Assembly: GCA_964016885.1 (NCBI GenBank)
Contig: OZ024756.1
Coordinates: 25,420,001-25,484,000 of the forward strand
Origin: Eledone cirrhosa
Lineage: Eukaryota
Direction: 5' to 3'
DNA length: 64,000 nt
Made by a program: the position numbers and the translations under genes. Positions 46,831 to 60,179 of this stretch are shown here, one piece after another. The notes under the pieces are model-generated. The model had not been told where the DNA came from. It did no database searches and was given only the letters and a program-made list of their open reading frames with translations. Each line of letters opens with the position of its first letter. The stretch's first letter is position 1.

Positions 46831-46889
46831 ATTCTTTTATTCTTTTACTGGTTTCAGTCATTAGAGAATGCGATTATGTATTTGCGAAC

Positions 46890-47097
46890 ATTTCGTTACC
46901 ACATCAATTAAAATAGATTTAGTGGCAAATCGTTACCACGTCAAATAAAGTATATTTAGAGATAATTCGTTACCACAGAAAATATGTATGTATAAATTAA
47001 CATGGTAACGAATTGCCACTAGACACGTACATTTTAATTGACGTGGAAACGAATTGCGCCAATATATGTATATGACGTGATAACGAATTGTCGCTAA
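46890..47097. mobile_element. Foldback MITE-like element built from inverted sub-repeats
   Basis: Three copies of (aat)tcgttaccac facing three of (g)tggtaacgaatt. Confidence 0.6.
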
Positions 47098-48779
47098 AAT
47101 ATATATAAAGAGAAAGAGAAAAGTCTCAGCATGGTGAAGAAATTCCTCAGCGGGAAGAGAGACGGATGTGTGTAATTATGTCTCGTTTCCTTAGTTTTTC
47201 ATTTGTAATCTTTGTATGGGAATCATTTGTTAGTATAGTCTTATTCGATACCACCGAGTCAGTTGTATTTGTTTTTATTTCTTAATACTACAATGGCAGC
47301 GAATTGGCTAGGTCGTTAAAATGTTGGATAGAATATTTCGTGGTAATTGTTCCGTCTCTCTGTTGAAGTTCAGTTGAGTTCAACTTTCAAAATCGATAAA
47401 AAGAATGTCAGGCCAGTACTGGGATCGATTCTTTCTCACTTCGCTCTCTCTTCCTTCCTTCTGGAAGATACCGGCTCTATTCATACCTGGAGAAGGGATG
47501 AGTTCCGTCAGGTTCAAACATACTCAAGATACGCCATATGTCACGACGGCGACTCCGTCAAGAGTTACGGGTCATTTACATACACATGCATACTTGTACT
47601 ATTAACATTCAGATATATCAATCTGACATAAAAAGCATCTTCGAAGGAAAAAAAAAACACCATCATCGCGAGTTACCTCCCTTCGTTCATACTGAATTTG
47701 TCCTAATACCCGAGTCGTTTATATGATAATAATACATGTAGGTTTGGCTTTTTAAATACAGTTCTTGGGAGATATCAGTCACACATTCTTCTTAAGGAAC
47801 TGTCAACACACACATATATAGCGGGATACACTTTCATGACTGTAACATGTGGTGTGGTAAATAAATATATACATATACATCACGTCTGAACATAAAGGAA
47901 CCAAACTCCCACCGTCACTGCCTCCGTCTCTCCCGCTCTCCCCATCTCTCACTATTATGAGCAAATGGGGGCCCACACGCTGGCCGACCAGCGGTCAGAA
48001 TAGAGAAGGCGTACAGGTGAACTTTTAAGTATACCTGTATGATTTATCATCCAAGTGGGGAATATTTACCTGTTCAGTATACGGCGACTGTCCAATGTAT
48101 TCTTCCACACTTGTTTTGTTTTATTATTTATTTGTTTTTATTATTATTATGTTGTTTTTTACAGATGGTAGGCTGCTATTTCTAGCGATTTGGCAAAGTC
48201 GTTAAGATGTCAGACAGAATGCTTTGTGGTATTCGTTCCGATTCACTACATTGTAAGTTCAAATCCCACCGAGGTCCTCTTTACCTTCCATCCTTTCGAG
48301 ATCAATAATTAAAGTACCAGTCCAAGGTCAGCAGATTGGTGCAGCTATTTAAAACGTTGAACAAGATGCCTTGCGGTATTTGTTTCTGGTCCTGTCCCTT
48401 CCGACATCAAATCCTGCCTTCTGTCACAGGAAGAATCATGACACTTTTACTGAGAGATAATATTGGTAGTAGGAAAAGATCAATGGAAACATAGGTTGGA
48501 GGTTCTTTCTTCTCTCCTATGCACTAGCACTTTAGTTTTGGTTAAGTTTACTCTCGGATCTTCAATAGTCGGAACTTATTTTCTAGTTCTTAAATGGATT
48601 TGGCTATAAGGACCACGTCATCTGCATAGAGAAGTTATCATGGGCAGCCAGTGAAGTACAATTATTGAGAATTTAGCCGATTTCATGACAGAAGTTGACT
48701 ACAATGTTGAACAATCTCATCCCCACTCAACTCCAGGCGACCATGCAAACCATCTTCATTTCAGGAATGGAAACCAATC

Positions 48780-51700
48780 CTGTCTTCCAAAAAACTCCAA
48801 AACTTCAAAGCTGCAACCATCAACATGGGCATTATGCAAGGAAGATCAAGTGAGATTGTAGAGATGCTAGAGCGAAAGAGAGTGGATGTGTGTTGTGTGC
48901 AATAGATTAGATGGACTGGAAGATCAGATAGATTTCTTGTTGGTAAAGAACGATGCTACAAATTTTTCTGGGTGAGGAATAATTACAGGCTACGTGGAGT
49001 AGGTATTCTGTTAGTAGAAAAATAGGTAGATGTAATCACTGTAAAGAGAGTAAATGTCAATCGTTAAACTCGGGATGGTGCTAGGTAGAAAATAAAAAAA
49101 GTCTAAAGTCTGTCTTAAACCAGAAGGCTCATTTGGCCGGTGCTTATCCCGGTTTCATAGCATGAAGCGACTGAGAGTACAAGACCCCCCCCCAGACAGG
49201 ACGCCAATCCATCGCAGGGTTAAACCTCCAGCTATTGCTGGTACTCGTTTTCAGCTGAGTATACCGGAGCAATGTGAAATGAAGTGTTTTGCTCAAAAAC
49301 ACAACACACAGCCCAGGAATCGAACCCATGACATTATGATCGTAAGTTCAACACTCTTACCACTATGCCACGTGTCTCCACCTGCTAGGTAGAACAACTG
49401 TTTATAAACCCCTCATGCAGACAACCTATCTAGTGGGTGGCAAGGAACTTTTAATCATAAAAGGAGACTTTAATGAACATGTTGAGCATTACAGTGATGG
49501 CTTCGACGGAGTCCATGGGAGTTATGGGCTTGGTGCTAGAAATGAGGAAGGTTTCTAGAATTTTGCGACACTAATGAACTAACAATCTGCAACACTAACT
49601 TTAAAAACCCAGACAACTACTTGATCACCTATAGATCAGATGAGCACACCAGCCAAATAGATTTCATCCTCATTAGATGGAGTGATGGTTGTAAACACAA
49701 AATCCATCCCTGGCAAGGAATGCACCTTCCATCATAATCTTGTAGTCAGTGATTTGTTAATTAAAGCTAAGCAAACTTGGAGACAAAGAGCAGCCTGGAG
49801 GAGGAAGATATGGAAGCCTGTGACAAATTTAGGAATATCCTACTTGACACTTTTGACAATAAGGAAGAAGTAGGGACATACAACATAGAGGAACAGTGGG
49901 AGTTCCTGAGAGATAATCTACTTAAGGTCACAAATGAGGCACGTGGCTGGAACAGAGGTCCAGGGGGTAGGAGAGTGACTTGGTGGTGAAATAGTAAGGT
50001 GGATGGAACAATTAAGGCTAAGAGACTGGCATAGAAAGAATGGCAAAATGGGGGAAACAGAGAACTTCACTAAGAGGCCAAAAGAGAGGCTAGGTGACAA
50101 GTATACTCTGCAAGGCGTATACCCAGTAAAGAGCAAAAAATAAAAAGCTTATGCATGTTATGCGACATGAGGACTAAAAATGTGAGGTATTCAGGATCAC
50201 GAGGCAGTATGTCAGGGAAAATTGTGATATTGTTGAGTAGAAGTGTTTCTGAGATGACAATGGTGCACATGGAAGTTTCATGAGAGGCTGATGACTGAGG
50301 AGAATGTGTGGGAGGTAGATAGCCTGCCCCAAGTAGACTCAACAGAGGAACCAACTGTGCAAGTCTGCTCTAGCATAGTAAGTTAAGCAATTAAGGATAT
50401 GAAGACAGGTAAAGCAGCCAGGCCATCAGGGATAGTTGCCAAGATGCTGAAAGCATCTGGGATGGTAGACCACACCATAACCACCCATATTGTAAACCAA
50501 GTAATACAAAATGGGGCTATACCTAATGACTGGTGTAGTAGCATCGTCATCAATTGCTACAAGGGCAAAGGTGATGCACTAGACAGAGGAAACTACCAAG
50601 GCACCAAAATGAGGGACCTAGTCATGAGAGTTACAGAAAGAGTCATTGTACAACAGATTAGGGATCAAATTAACCTAGATGAGATTCAGTTCAGATTTAT
50701 GCCATGTAAAAGTACCACAGATGCCCTCTTCCCTGTGACACAACTGCAGGAAATGTGTCAATACCAAACAAAATATAAACCCCTCTACTTGGCATTTGTT
50801 GACCTGGAGAAAGCTTTTAACAGAGTCACCTATTCTGTAATTTGTAGGAAATTAGGAGTAGAAGAGTGGCTGGTGAGGGCAGTACAAGCCATGTACAGAG
50901 GTTCAGTTAAAATTAATAATGACTAGTGAGGAGTTTAGCGCACAAGTTGGTGTCTACCAGGGCTCCACACTTAGCCCTCTACTGTTTATTATCGTCTAGG
51001 CTATAACAGAAGAGTTTAAAACAGGATGCTCTTGGGAACTCCTGCATGCTGATGATTTAACTCTCATAGCTGAATCTATGGTAGAACTAGAGAAAAAATG
51101 ACTGACCTGGAAGCATTACCTGGAATCAAAAGGTCTTAAAGTCAACATGGCAAAGTTCTAAGTAGTAAGGAAAACAAGGCCCTGATCCCTTCTGGGGAAT
51201 GGCCCTGCTAAGTATGTAGGAAAGGGGTGGTAGATATTCTATCCTCTGTCCCAAATGCAAACTATGGGTACACAAGCGATGTAGCAAGATCTCAGGTAGG
51301 CAAGCAAAGAACATAGGTTTTACCTGTGGAGTTGCACAGAAGCATTAAGCAACAAATGCTCACAGGAATCAAGCTCTATCAAATTCTTAGAAGGTACCAT
51401 AGAAGCAGTTGACAGTTTCTGTTACCTGGGTGATCAAATTAACAGTGGAGGTGGGTGTTCCCAAAATACTGTAACCAGAGAATGGGATGGAAAAAGTTCA
51501 GAGAACTACTACCACTGCTAGCTACAAAAGGGTTCTCCCTCGAAATGACAGGCAGATTGTATGAGGCATGCATACAAACTGCAGTACATAGGCAGTGTGC
51601 AGAGGATCTACATAGATTGGGAAGAAATGAAGCTTGCATGCTCCTATGGATATGTAATAGTGATATACATGAATGGCAAAGCATAAATGAACTGAGAGAG

Positions 51701-51950
51701 AAACTGGGCATAAGAGGGATCAAATGCAGTATGCAGGAGAGGAGATTGTGGTCATATGGACATGTGATGTGTATGAAGGATGACAGCTGCATAAAATGTG
51801 CAGGGCGCTGAAAGTTGATGGAAGCTATGGAGTCGGAAGGCTTGGGATGAGGTGATAAATGCTGACCTTGCACAATTGCACCTCTCAAAGAGATCTCTGG
51901 CGTTATGCAGTAATGCAGAAGACCAGTCTTCCTATATGCATGGGTTGAAG
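48780..51950 (+). mobile_element. Degenerate near-full-length RTE-like LINE (APE + RT + Cys-rich finger), interrupted by a SINE
   Basis: VDVCCVQ..RW, GDFNEHV, QIDFIL, KAARPSG, NYQG, LYLAFVDLEKAF, QGSTLSPLLF, LLHADDL, CPKC.LWVHKRC, GHVM. Confidence 0.85.
49102..49382 (-). mobile_element. Second tRNA-derived SINE family; another copy at 58905-59192
   Basis: Two near-identical ~285-bp copies with a tRNA-like head (tggcatagtggt..gggttcgattcc) on the - strand. Confidence 0.85.
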
Positions 51951-53405
51951 CATACTTCTAGTATGAACTACGCTCCCCTCCCCTTTCCATACACCTCCCA
52001 CGTCCTAACACCCCACCGAACATTACGCATTTGTCATGTTATTTATGTATATATTTAAAACATATTTGTTAATAAACATTTGTAATGTAGAGTATTAGTT
52101 TGCTTTGTTGAAATATAAACACTTCCAAACAACAATTTTGTATCATAGAACCTTTAATGTGAATAAAACTTATTGTTTCCATAATAGACTTAAAAAATGA
52201 ATAAACTAAATGATTTTCGTTCTAATCTTTCTAATTTTCCTCGCATTCTCCGTATTTCATTACTATTTTAAACCATATGAAATATGTTTTATCGATCAGA
52301 AGAACAGACGTTGATAAACACAAATATAAACGCATAAAAGAGATTTTTTTTTTAAGTGGGGGCGGGTGGCAAAAACAAAAACAACCATAAATTCACCACG
52401 AAGTGCGACAATCAGCCGCACATCACATCATAAGGGTTAACTAAACACTTTGAGGCAAGCCAACACTCTCTCGACATTGCCACAGATGATGGCGAGGCAC
52501 CCTCACAGGCATCACCTGACACCTCAGTAAGGCGAGCCGCCAACAATGTCAAGAACTTCGCGTCCCAGGTGAGACACCTACCTCTTACCTAAGGACAAAG
52601 GGTAAGGCTGTCTGGTCTCTTCCCATCACTTCTGGATAATCCAACCGGCTCCAGAACTGAGGGGATATTTACCTGAGCCAGGGCCCGTTTGATGATCTGT
52701 TACTATCAATCTTGTTATCAATGAACCGATCTATGTATCTATTTTATTTCTTCTTGTTCATTCAACTTTATCGTTTCCTTTCTGTTGTAATTTTTATTTA
52801 ATTACTTCCACTGAAATTAATGAGACAGTTGTGTTTTCATTTAAATGTAGTTTTGACTAATTTGTCTGGCAAGGCTTGAAAACGAACTTTGCTTCATTAA
52901 CTAACTTTTTTTCTAATTACCATGTTTCTGATTAGAGACATCTCATAATTTTCAAATCATTTTGAAAAGCTGGTTTGTCTCAAAAACTAATAGAGAGGTT
53001 CCAGTGGTCCTCGCGATATCTCTTTTGGAAGTGGTTCGTTTGCCCACCCCTTTCGCTTGCTTTTGATGTATGTGATCCAAGATGTGTATTACCTGCTGGT
53101 GTTTTTTCTTTCTTTTCTTATTTGTAATATTTATACAACGAAGGACTTGAAAATATTACTAACTTCCTCGTTATTAAACTTGTTTGGAACAACAAAAGTT
53201 CATACATAAAATTACGATGGAAAGTTTTATTCAGATAAATATAAAGACGTTAAAAATAAAGTTTTCTATAATGGGACAAGGGGTTATTTAGTATCAAAAC
53301 ATTTAACTACTTTTGTAATTTAGTCAGAGAATGTTAGAAAAAAACTTTCTTCGTTATAGCTTTCGTAATTTTATTTTGTTAGCCTCTCTTATATTTAACT
53401 CTCAA

Positions 53406-53490
<85 letters not shown>

Positions 53491-54299
53491 GAAGGCGGTG
53501 TCTTAAATACCTACCAGTATACGACATAATTAAACATCAAACATTAACTGAATAGGGACTCAATACATGAGCAGTAAGTGTGTGTGTAAAAATATATTTT
53601 CTGAAGATAAAGGTGGCAGTAATTTCGAAGTTTCAACGATTGTTTCGTGTGGCTGTTCTTTTCTATTAAGACTTCATACGCTGATATATATATATATATA
53701 TATCTTTATGTATGAAAACATTCATTCAGTCATACAAACTGTTTTAGTTTCCTATTTCTTTCTTTCACGATTTCCTATTAAACTTCCCCTTACATAGTCC
53801 GTCATCTTGTGTGTGTGTGTGTATGTCTCTCTATCATACTTTTAATCCCACTCTCTAACTACTTATAATCTTCAATTTTCCTCCTCCTCCACTTTTCTAT
53901 CATATCACTTTTCTCTTTCTTTCTTTCCCTCCCTCCGTTCTTGTCCCTACCATATCACCTTTTTTCTCTTTCTCCCTCCCTCCGTCTTGTCCCCTACCGA
54001 TCACGTCTTCTCTCTCATTCCCTCCCTCCTTATCCCTACCATATCATCTTTTCTCTCTCTCTCTCATTACCCTCTCAATCCCTTCGTCCTTTTTCTCACC
54101 ATATCACCTCTTCCCTCTCCCCCACTGGCCGTTCTGCCAAACAACCAACCATCAATAATTTCTTCACCTAAAGTAAGAACCTTTATATATATATATATAT
54201 ATATATATTTTAATTCTTCGTCAATGCCATCTCACTTTTATGGTATATACATATATATGTATTCTTGTATATACGTTTAAATTTCTATGTATTTATATA

Positions 54300-54343
54300 T
54301 GTCTGATGACCCTGTGGTAAACAGGCGAAACTCCAGAGTAACA
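54300..54343 (+). ncRNA. Type I hammerhead ribozyme with canonical GUA site
   Basis: tgt-CTGATGA-ccctg(tggtaaa)caggc-GAAA-ctc-ca-gaGTA-aca. Confidence 0.85.
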
Positions 54344-55344
54344 AGACTCAGTATTTAACCTTAATAATAATATATATATTATTAAGACTATATATATATA
54401 TGTATGTGTGTAAGTCTTGCACGATTGTTTATATCCTTAATTTACCTTCATTCTGTTTCAGTATCTCATCGAGGCCGCTATGTCAACATAACATAAAAGC
54501 TTGCGTATATAAATACACACACATATATATATAGTCTGTAGCTATGTTTCACATGTATGTATATTTGTTTACCTTCGTCTTCATCCCATACATTTTTATA
54601 CACTCGGCTTTTTAAAAAAAGTGTTTCTTCTAACAACATATCGCCTGCCTGATTATTTATAATGAAATCCGTGTTATGGAGTATATATATATATATATAT
54701 ATATAATATAATATAATATATATATATATATATATATATAGCGTGAGAGAGATTAGATAAATAGATCGATCGATAGATAGATTCTTTGATGAAGAAAAGT
54801 GAAATATAAACACGGACTTGTAGACATTATCGTGTTTAACTTCTACAACACAATAACATCAACAACACGATCAACATTGTTGAATCCATAACTGAGTTTA
54901 CTGTCCGAAACAAAACATTTTTCGAGAAAAAAAAAAAAATTAAATTATTTATGTTTTAAACATCGGAAATAATACTTCTACCCAAAATATTTTTTAAATT
55001 TATTTTTATAATAGGTTACGTTTTAAAGAAACTCATAGATACACCGATAGGTTTTTTTTAACCCCAATCATATATATATAAAAATTTATATATATATATA
55101 TATATACATATATATATAAATGAAGGAATTTAGGTATATTATATCTTTTTATTTATATCTAATGTTTCTTCTTTCTTTATAATGTGTTATATAGCTCTGA
55201 TATTGAATCAATCTAATCCATTCAGATTATTTTGTCCCTACTATTCATAGAGCAACAACGGTTAAGGTTGGCACCACACAAATTCATGGATATATGTGGG
55301 TATTCGCATGTGTCTGTATTTCTTTGTATTGTTATATATATATA

Positions 55345-55418
55345 TAAGGTGCCCCCAAAATGTATACACACTTCAACACCATTCTAATAAAAGTGCATAC
55401 ATTTTTTGGGGACACTGT
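55345..55418. mobile_element. Tiny Tc1/mariner-type MITE
   Basis: ggtgcccccaaaatgtatacac ... gtgcatacattttttggggacactg in a TA context. Confidence 0.5.
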
Positions 55419-55419
55419 G

Positions 55420-55464
<45 letters not shown>

Positions 55465-56051
55465 GTGTCAGGTCACCAGTTGGTGCTACTGGTAACATGT
55501 ATCCCAGTACAACCTGCCTCATGGTAGGGTCAATGGCGACTAAACTGGCAACCCCACCAAGGTTTCTTCGTGAGGAGGGTGACTTTGGACATCCTGCAGG
55601 ACTAAAAACAAAACCTGTTAAAGGAGCTCTTAAGAGTCAATGGCCATCCAAAATCACAGGGAGAGATGACCCCTTAGCCTTTGTCAAGGCAGAATTCTAG
55701 GAGAAGGAAAACTCTGATATAACACCTGCAACCCTGATGGTATCCAATGATGTTGACTTGTTCTACTTTTTGGTAAATATCATTTTGGCTGGCTTTGTGC
55801 AGTGCCTTTGCTCACTATAAAAGCTTCACGGCACAGGCATTGCTTTGTATCTGGAGATCTCTCTGCACTTGTCATCACATGGTACCATGGGCCCAGCACT
55901 GTGTCAATAATTGTCACAAGTGTAGTGTTTGTACCAGAGTTTTCAAGTCGCTGGCTGGACTAAAAAGTCACACTCGTTCAGCGCATCGGTAGGGGTTCTC
56001 CTACATGGATATAAAGTAGTGGCAGCTACTTTATACGAGTTAGCAGCCACC

Positions 56052-56084
<33 letters not shown>

Positions 56085-56980
56085 TTATTAATACATATAC
56101 ACATTATTATGGGTAAGTGATGAGTCTTGTTACTCCTGTGAGTACATAGGTGAAACTGCAGAGTAACAAGACTCACCTTAGCCATAATAAAGAATATATA
56201 AACCCTATTTCGCTATTGAGTACTCATTCTCGCGCACGCCCGTCAATATCACATGTGTATGTGTGTGTGTATATAGATATATATACACACACACGCGTGT
56301 GTATGGATTTATATCCTTATATATACTGTATAGAAGTAACCGAGTTGTGTGAATGTATATTTTGAATATTTAGTCTTGAAAAAATGCAATGCAGAAATCC
56401 GCACACAGATTGCAGCTATGGCACTGGTGGCCAAATTGGCAAGAATATGAAGGAGCAAAATCATTTTTCAGACCAAGTAGAGATTGTACAAATTGCTGGT
56501 AGGTTCCATATTCCTATATGGGTGTGAGACCTGGATACCTTTGGCAGAAACAGAGAGAAGGATCCAGGCGTTTGAGGACAAATGCATGAGAAACTCCTTC
56601 CTATTTCCTATTGGGAATGTAAATTATCATCATCATCATCATCGTTTAACATCCATTTTCTACGTCAGCATGGATAGGTAAAAAAATACATGTGTAGTAA
56701 GGTTAAAGGTTTTGTGGGTCACTAGGGAAATCTCCTCGCCACTGTCAAGAAGAAGAAACTGGCGTGGTTTGGCCACGTCACACGACATGACAGCCTTTGC
56801 AAGACCATCATGCAAGGCACCGTTGAAGGTGGACGCTAACGCAAAAACTAGTTGGACAATGTCACAGAATGGATGCAAATGACGACATCAGATTTGTTGA
56901 TGGCTGCTGTTGATAGACTACTTTGAGTGTGTGCTGCTTCTGCAGTGGGATCCCCCTAACGACTTCAGAAGTCAAGGGAC
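55465..56980 (+). mobile_element. RTE LINE relics (5'UTR-like piece also inverted at 36040-36242; C2H2 3' end; RT C-terminal piece 56380-56980)
   Basis: CSVCTRVFKSLAGLKSHTRSAH; LYGCETW..AETERRIQAFE..CMR; KLAWFGHVTRHD. Confidence 0.7.
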
Positions 56981-57015
56981 TGATGATAATGATAATATAT
57001 ATATACATATACACA

Positions 57016-57620
57016 CGAGCGTGGGCGGAAAAGTTCATAGGCTGACTATGAAGGAGTGGTGATAGAGCCATGAAACTGCATGCATTAATTTCAACTCTTC
57101 TTCTTAATATTGCATTATTTCTCTCCAGGTAAACTGTCATCCAACTGTTCAAAAGTAACCAGTAGTGACTTCTCTTGAAAATGGACAAAATAAAGTATCA
57201 TGGTTGTATCAAGTACCTGCATAAAAAGGGTTTAGTCCCCAGTTTTATCAAAGTACAAAAGTGGGCGGCTGAATTTAGGAGGGGAAGGGAGAGTCTTGAA
57301 GATGACCCAAGGTCTGGGCGTCCTGCAACTGCCACCACCGAGGAAAACATTGATTGTGTTCACCACATGGTGGTGGATGACAGGTGATCGACTATAAATC
57401 AAATAGCCAATGTAATTAGCATATCCCATGAGACAGTTGAGAATATTCTACACAATGAACTTGGCATGACAAAAGTTTCTGCTTGGTGGGTGCCATGTCT
57501 TCTGACACCTGATCAAAAGTGCACCAAGCTGATCACATCACGGGAAAACCTGACATGGTTTCTTTGAACGTTTCCTAACACAGAATGAGTGTTGGGTTGA
57601 CTACTTTGGGCCAGAAACAA
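57016..57620 (+). mobile_element. Mariner element, 5' half with internal deletions
   Basis: TIR gaaaagttcataggctgac; [32 protein letters not shown]; WVP..LT. Confidence 0.85.
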
Positions 57621-58342
57621 GGAGAAGGACACAGACACAGTCCCTTCCTGCCACAATTGAAACTGAACATCAACAGCTTCAATCTCATCAGTGTTGGAGG
57701 CCCTGCAAAGGTCATGGAGTAGCCCCTTGTTCAAGACCTTGCAAAAAAGCCTCCCAAAAAAACATGACAATACATTAACTATTAACATCATCATCATCAT
57801 CACTCTCAGTAACTAACAAACTGAACAACAACCTTCCATAAGTAGTAGTCAAATACTCTTAAGTTACAAACTACTGTCTTTAACAAATTGAAAGGTCACA
57901 TTTGACAATGATGTTCACTGTTATTTCAAGCAACTTGATGAAATGCAACAGGTACACCCTGTTGAGAAGACTCTTCAATTGTATTAACGATATGACAACT
58001 TCCCTAGTGCTGGTGCTACCATAAAATGCACCCATTACATACTGTAAAGAAGTTGGTGATTGGAAGGGCATCCATGCCAGTTGTATCAAAGACATGACAA
58101 CTTCCCTAGTGCTGGTACCATGATAAAATACACCCTGTTGAGAAGACTTCAGTTGTAACAAGGACATAGTAACAACCTTAGTGCTGGTGCCATCATAAAA
58201 TGCACCCTGTACACTCTGTTGAGAAAACTATTCAGTTGTATCAAGGACATGGTAACCACACTAGTATTGATTTGGTCTATGATGTGATGACCTATCCAAC
58301 CCATGCTGATATGGAAAATTGTATGTTAAATGATGATGATAA

Positions 58343-58540
58343 TATGAGGCTCATCTGAAAAGTTCATAGGCTGACTATGAAGGATTCATGCTAGATCTGT
58401 GAAATCTTGCCTGCATTAATTTCAACTCTTCTTATTATTAACTGTATTGTTTCCAGACACTATGTTGAAAAATAAACCTTATTTGGACATTCCATGAGAA
58501 TATCTTGGTCAGCCTATGAACTTTTCAGCCAACTCTTGTA
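58343..58540 (+). mobile_element. Non-autonomous deletion derivative (MITE) of the same mariner
   Basis: ctgaaaagttcataggctgac ... gtcagcctatgaacttttcag TIRs with TA ends. Confidence 0.85.
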
Positions 58541-59278
58541 TATCATCATTTTTACAGAGGTTTTTCCATGCCAGAATGGATTGACTATATATGTGTGAGT
58601 GTAAATAAGTAAATTGCACCGTCTAATACATAAATCTGAACGTAGATACATCTAGAACAGACACAAAGAAATTGCCTAATGTCCCAACATGTAAATAATA
58701 CACTCAGAGTAACAAATCCAACTATAAATTGAACACCTATACTAGAACTAAGACATCATACATAATTCCTGCCTCATACTCCATAAAACATATATATCAC
58801 CTTGACCGACCAGTCTGTCAGGCGGCATTCAGCGCCGCTGGTCACAGCACGTGCTGTTTTAGCCATATGATGACGCCATCCCACTGGCTGGGTGGGCAGG
58901 CCGTAAGTCTAAAGTCTGTCTTAAGCCAGAAGGCTCATTTTGCAGGTGCTTATCCCGGCTTCATGGTGTGAAGCGACTGAGAGCACAAGACTCCCCTCTG
59001 GACAGGACGCCAGTCCATCGCAGGGTTAAACCTCCAGCTATTGCTGGTACTCATTTTCAGCTGAGTAAACTGGAGCAACGTGAAAATAAAGTGTCTTGCT
59101 CAAGGAAACAACATATCACCCGGTCCAAGAATTGAACTCACAACCTTTCGATTGCAAGCCTATTGCTCTAACCACTAAGCCATGCGCCTTCACAAAATAT
59201 ATATATATGTATGTATAATGAATCAAAAACATATATATATGTATGTATAATGAATCAAAAAGTTTAGAAGGAATTTAA

Positions 59279-59408
59279 CCCTTTAGCATTTATATTACTC
59301 TATATTTACTATTATATTTTCATAGTAAAGCCTTTACCTTACATAATTATCTCACATAATATCCAATCTATGAGATTTTGATTTTTGGGCGGTTTAAATG
59401 CTAAAGGG
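59279..59408. mobile_element. piggyBac-like MITE
   Basis: ttaa-CCCTTTAGCATTTA ... TAAATGCTAAAGGG-taaa. Confidence 0.65.
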
Positions 59409-60179
59409 TAAAAGAAATGCTATTAATCTTACACACATTTCAACAAATGAAAAGTGAAGAATACAGCTAATGGAAGATTTCAGTTAAGGAAATATTCCAG
59501 CACATGAAAATAAATCCAATTACTAAAGTCCAAGCATGAAACCAACAACTTTCCTTCTAATATATTTTTCACAATATTTGATTTCTGTGTTTATTTCTGA
59601 TCAGTTCATTCAGCTTTTACTTCTTCAGGCTGTGGTTAGTCTGTTTGACTCACAATCATAAGTTCGTGGGTTTGATTCTTGATCAGGGTTGCATGATGTG
59701 TTCTTGAGCAAAACACATTTCATGATAGGACAAGGCCCCCTATCATTAAAACACCCAAGAAACCTCACTGGAAACCAGCTAAACCTTACATAGGTGTGTA
59801 AATTACATTTCTCATTTCAAACAAAAATAAGGATGAACTGGAAACATTTTCAATAATAATTTGATATTTATTTCAACATGGCCAGTTACAGTTCTTGGTT
59901 CCTATGAGTTCCAATGTTTGATTAATTCCTTATTGTGATCTTTAAGAGACTATTTTTCAACAAAAATGGAATTTTGTTTGTTGGTTGAAACCATTTTACT
60001 TTACTTATTTGGATAATTTGGTGTATGTATGTCATCATCATCTCCGTTTAACGTCCATTTTTCCACACTGGCATGGGTTAGATATATATATGCATACATG
60101 TATGTGTGTGTGTGTTCATATCTATGTATTTATATAAATATGTGTGTGTGTATGCATATATTTATTATATGTTTGTATG

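Noticed and set aside
54572-54638. Possible minus-strand first exon (MLLEETLFLKSRVYKNVWDEDE|gtaaac)
   Set aside because: No recognisable homology and no downstream exons could be linked.
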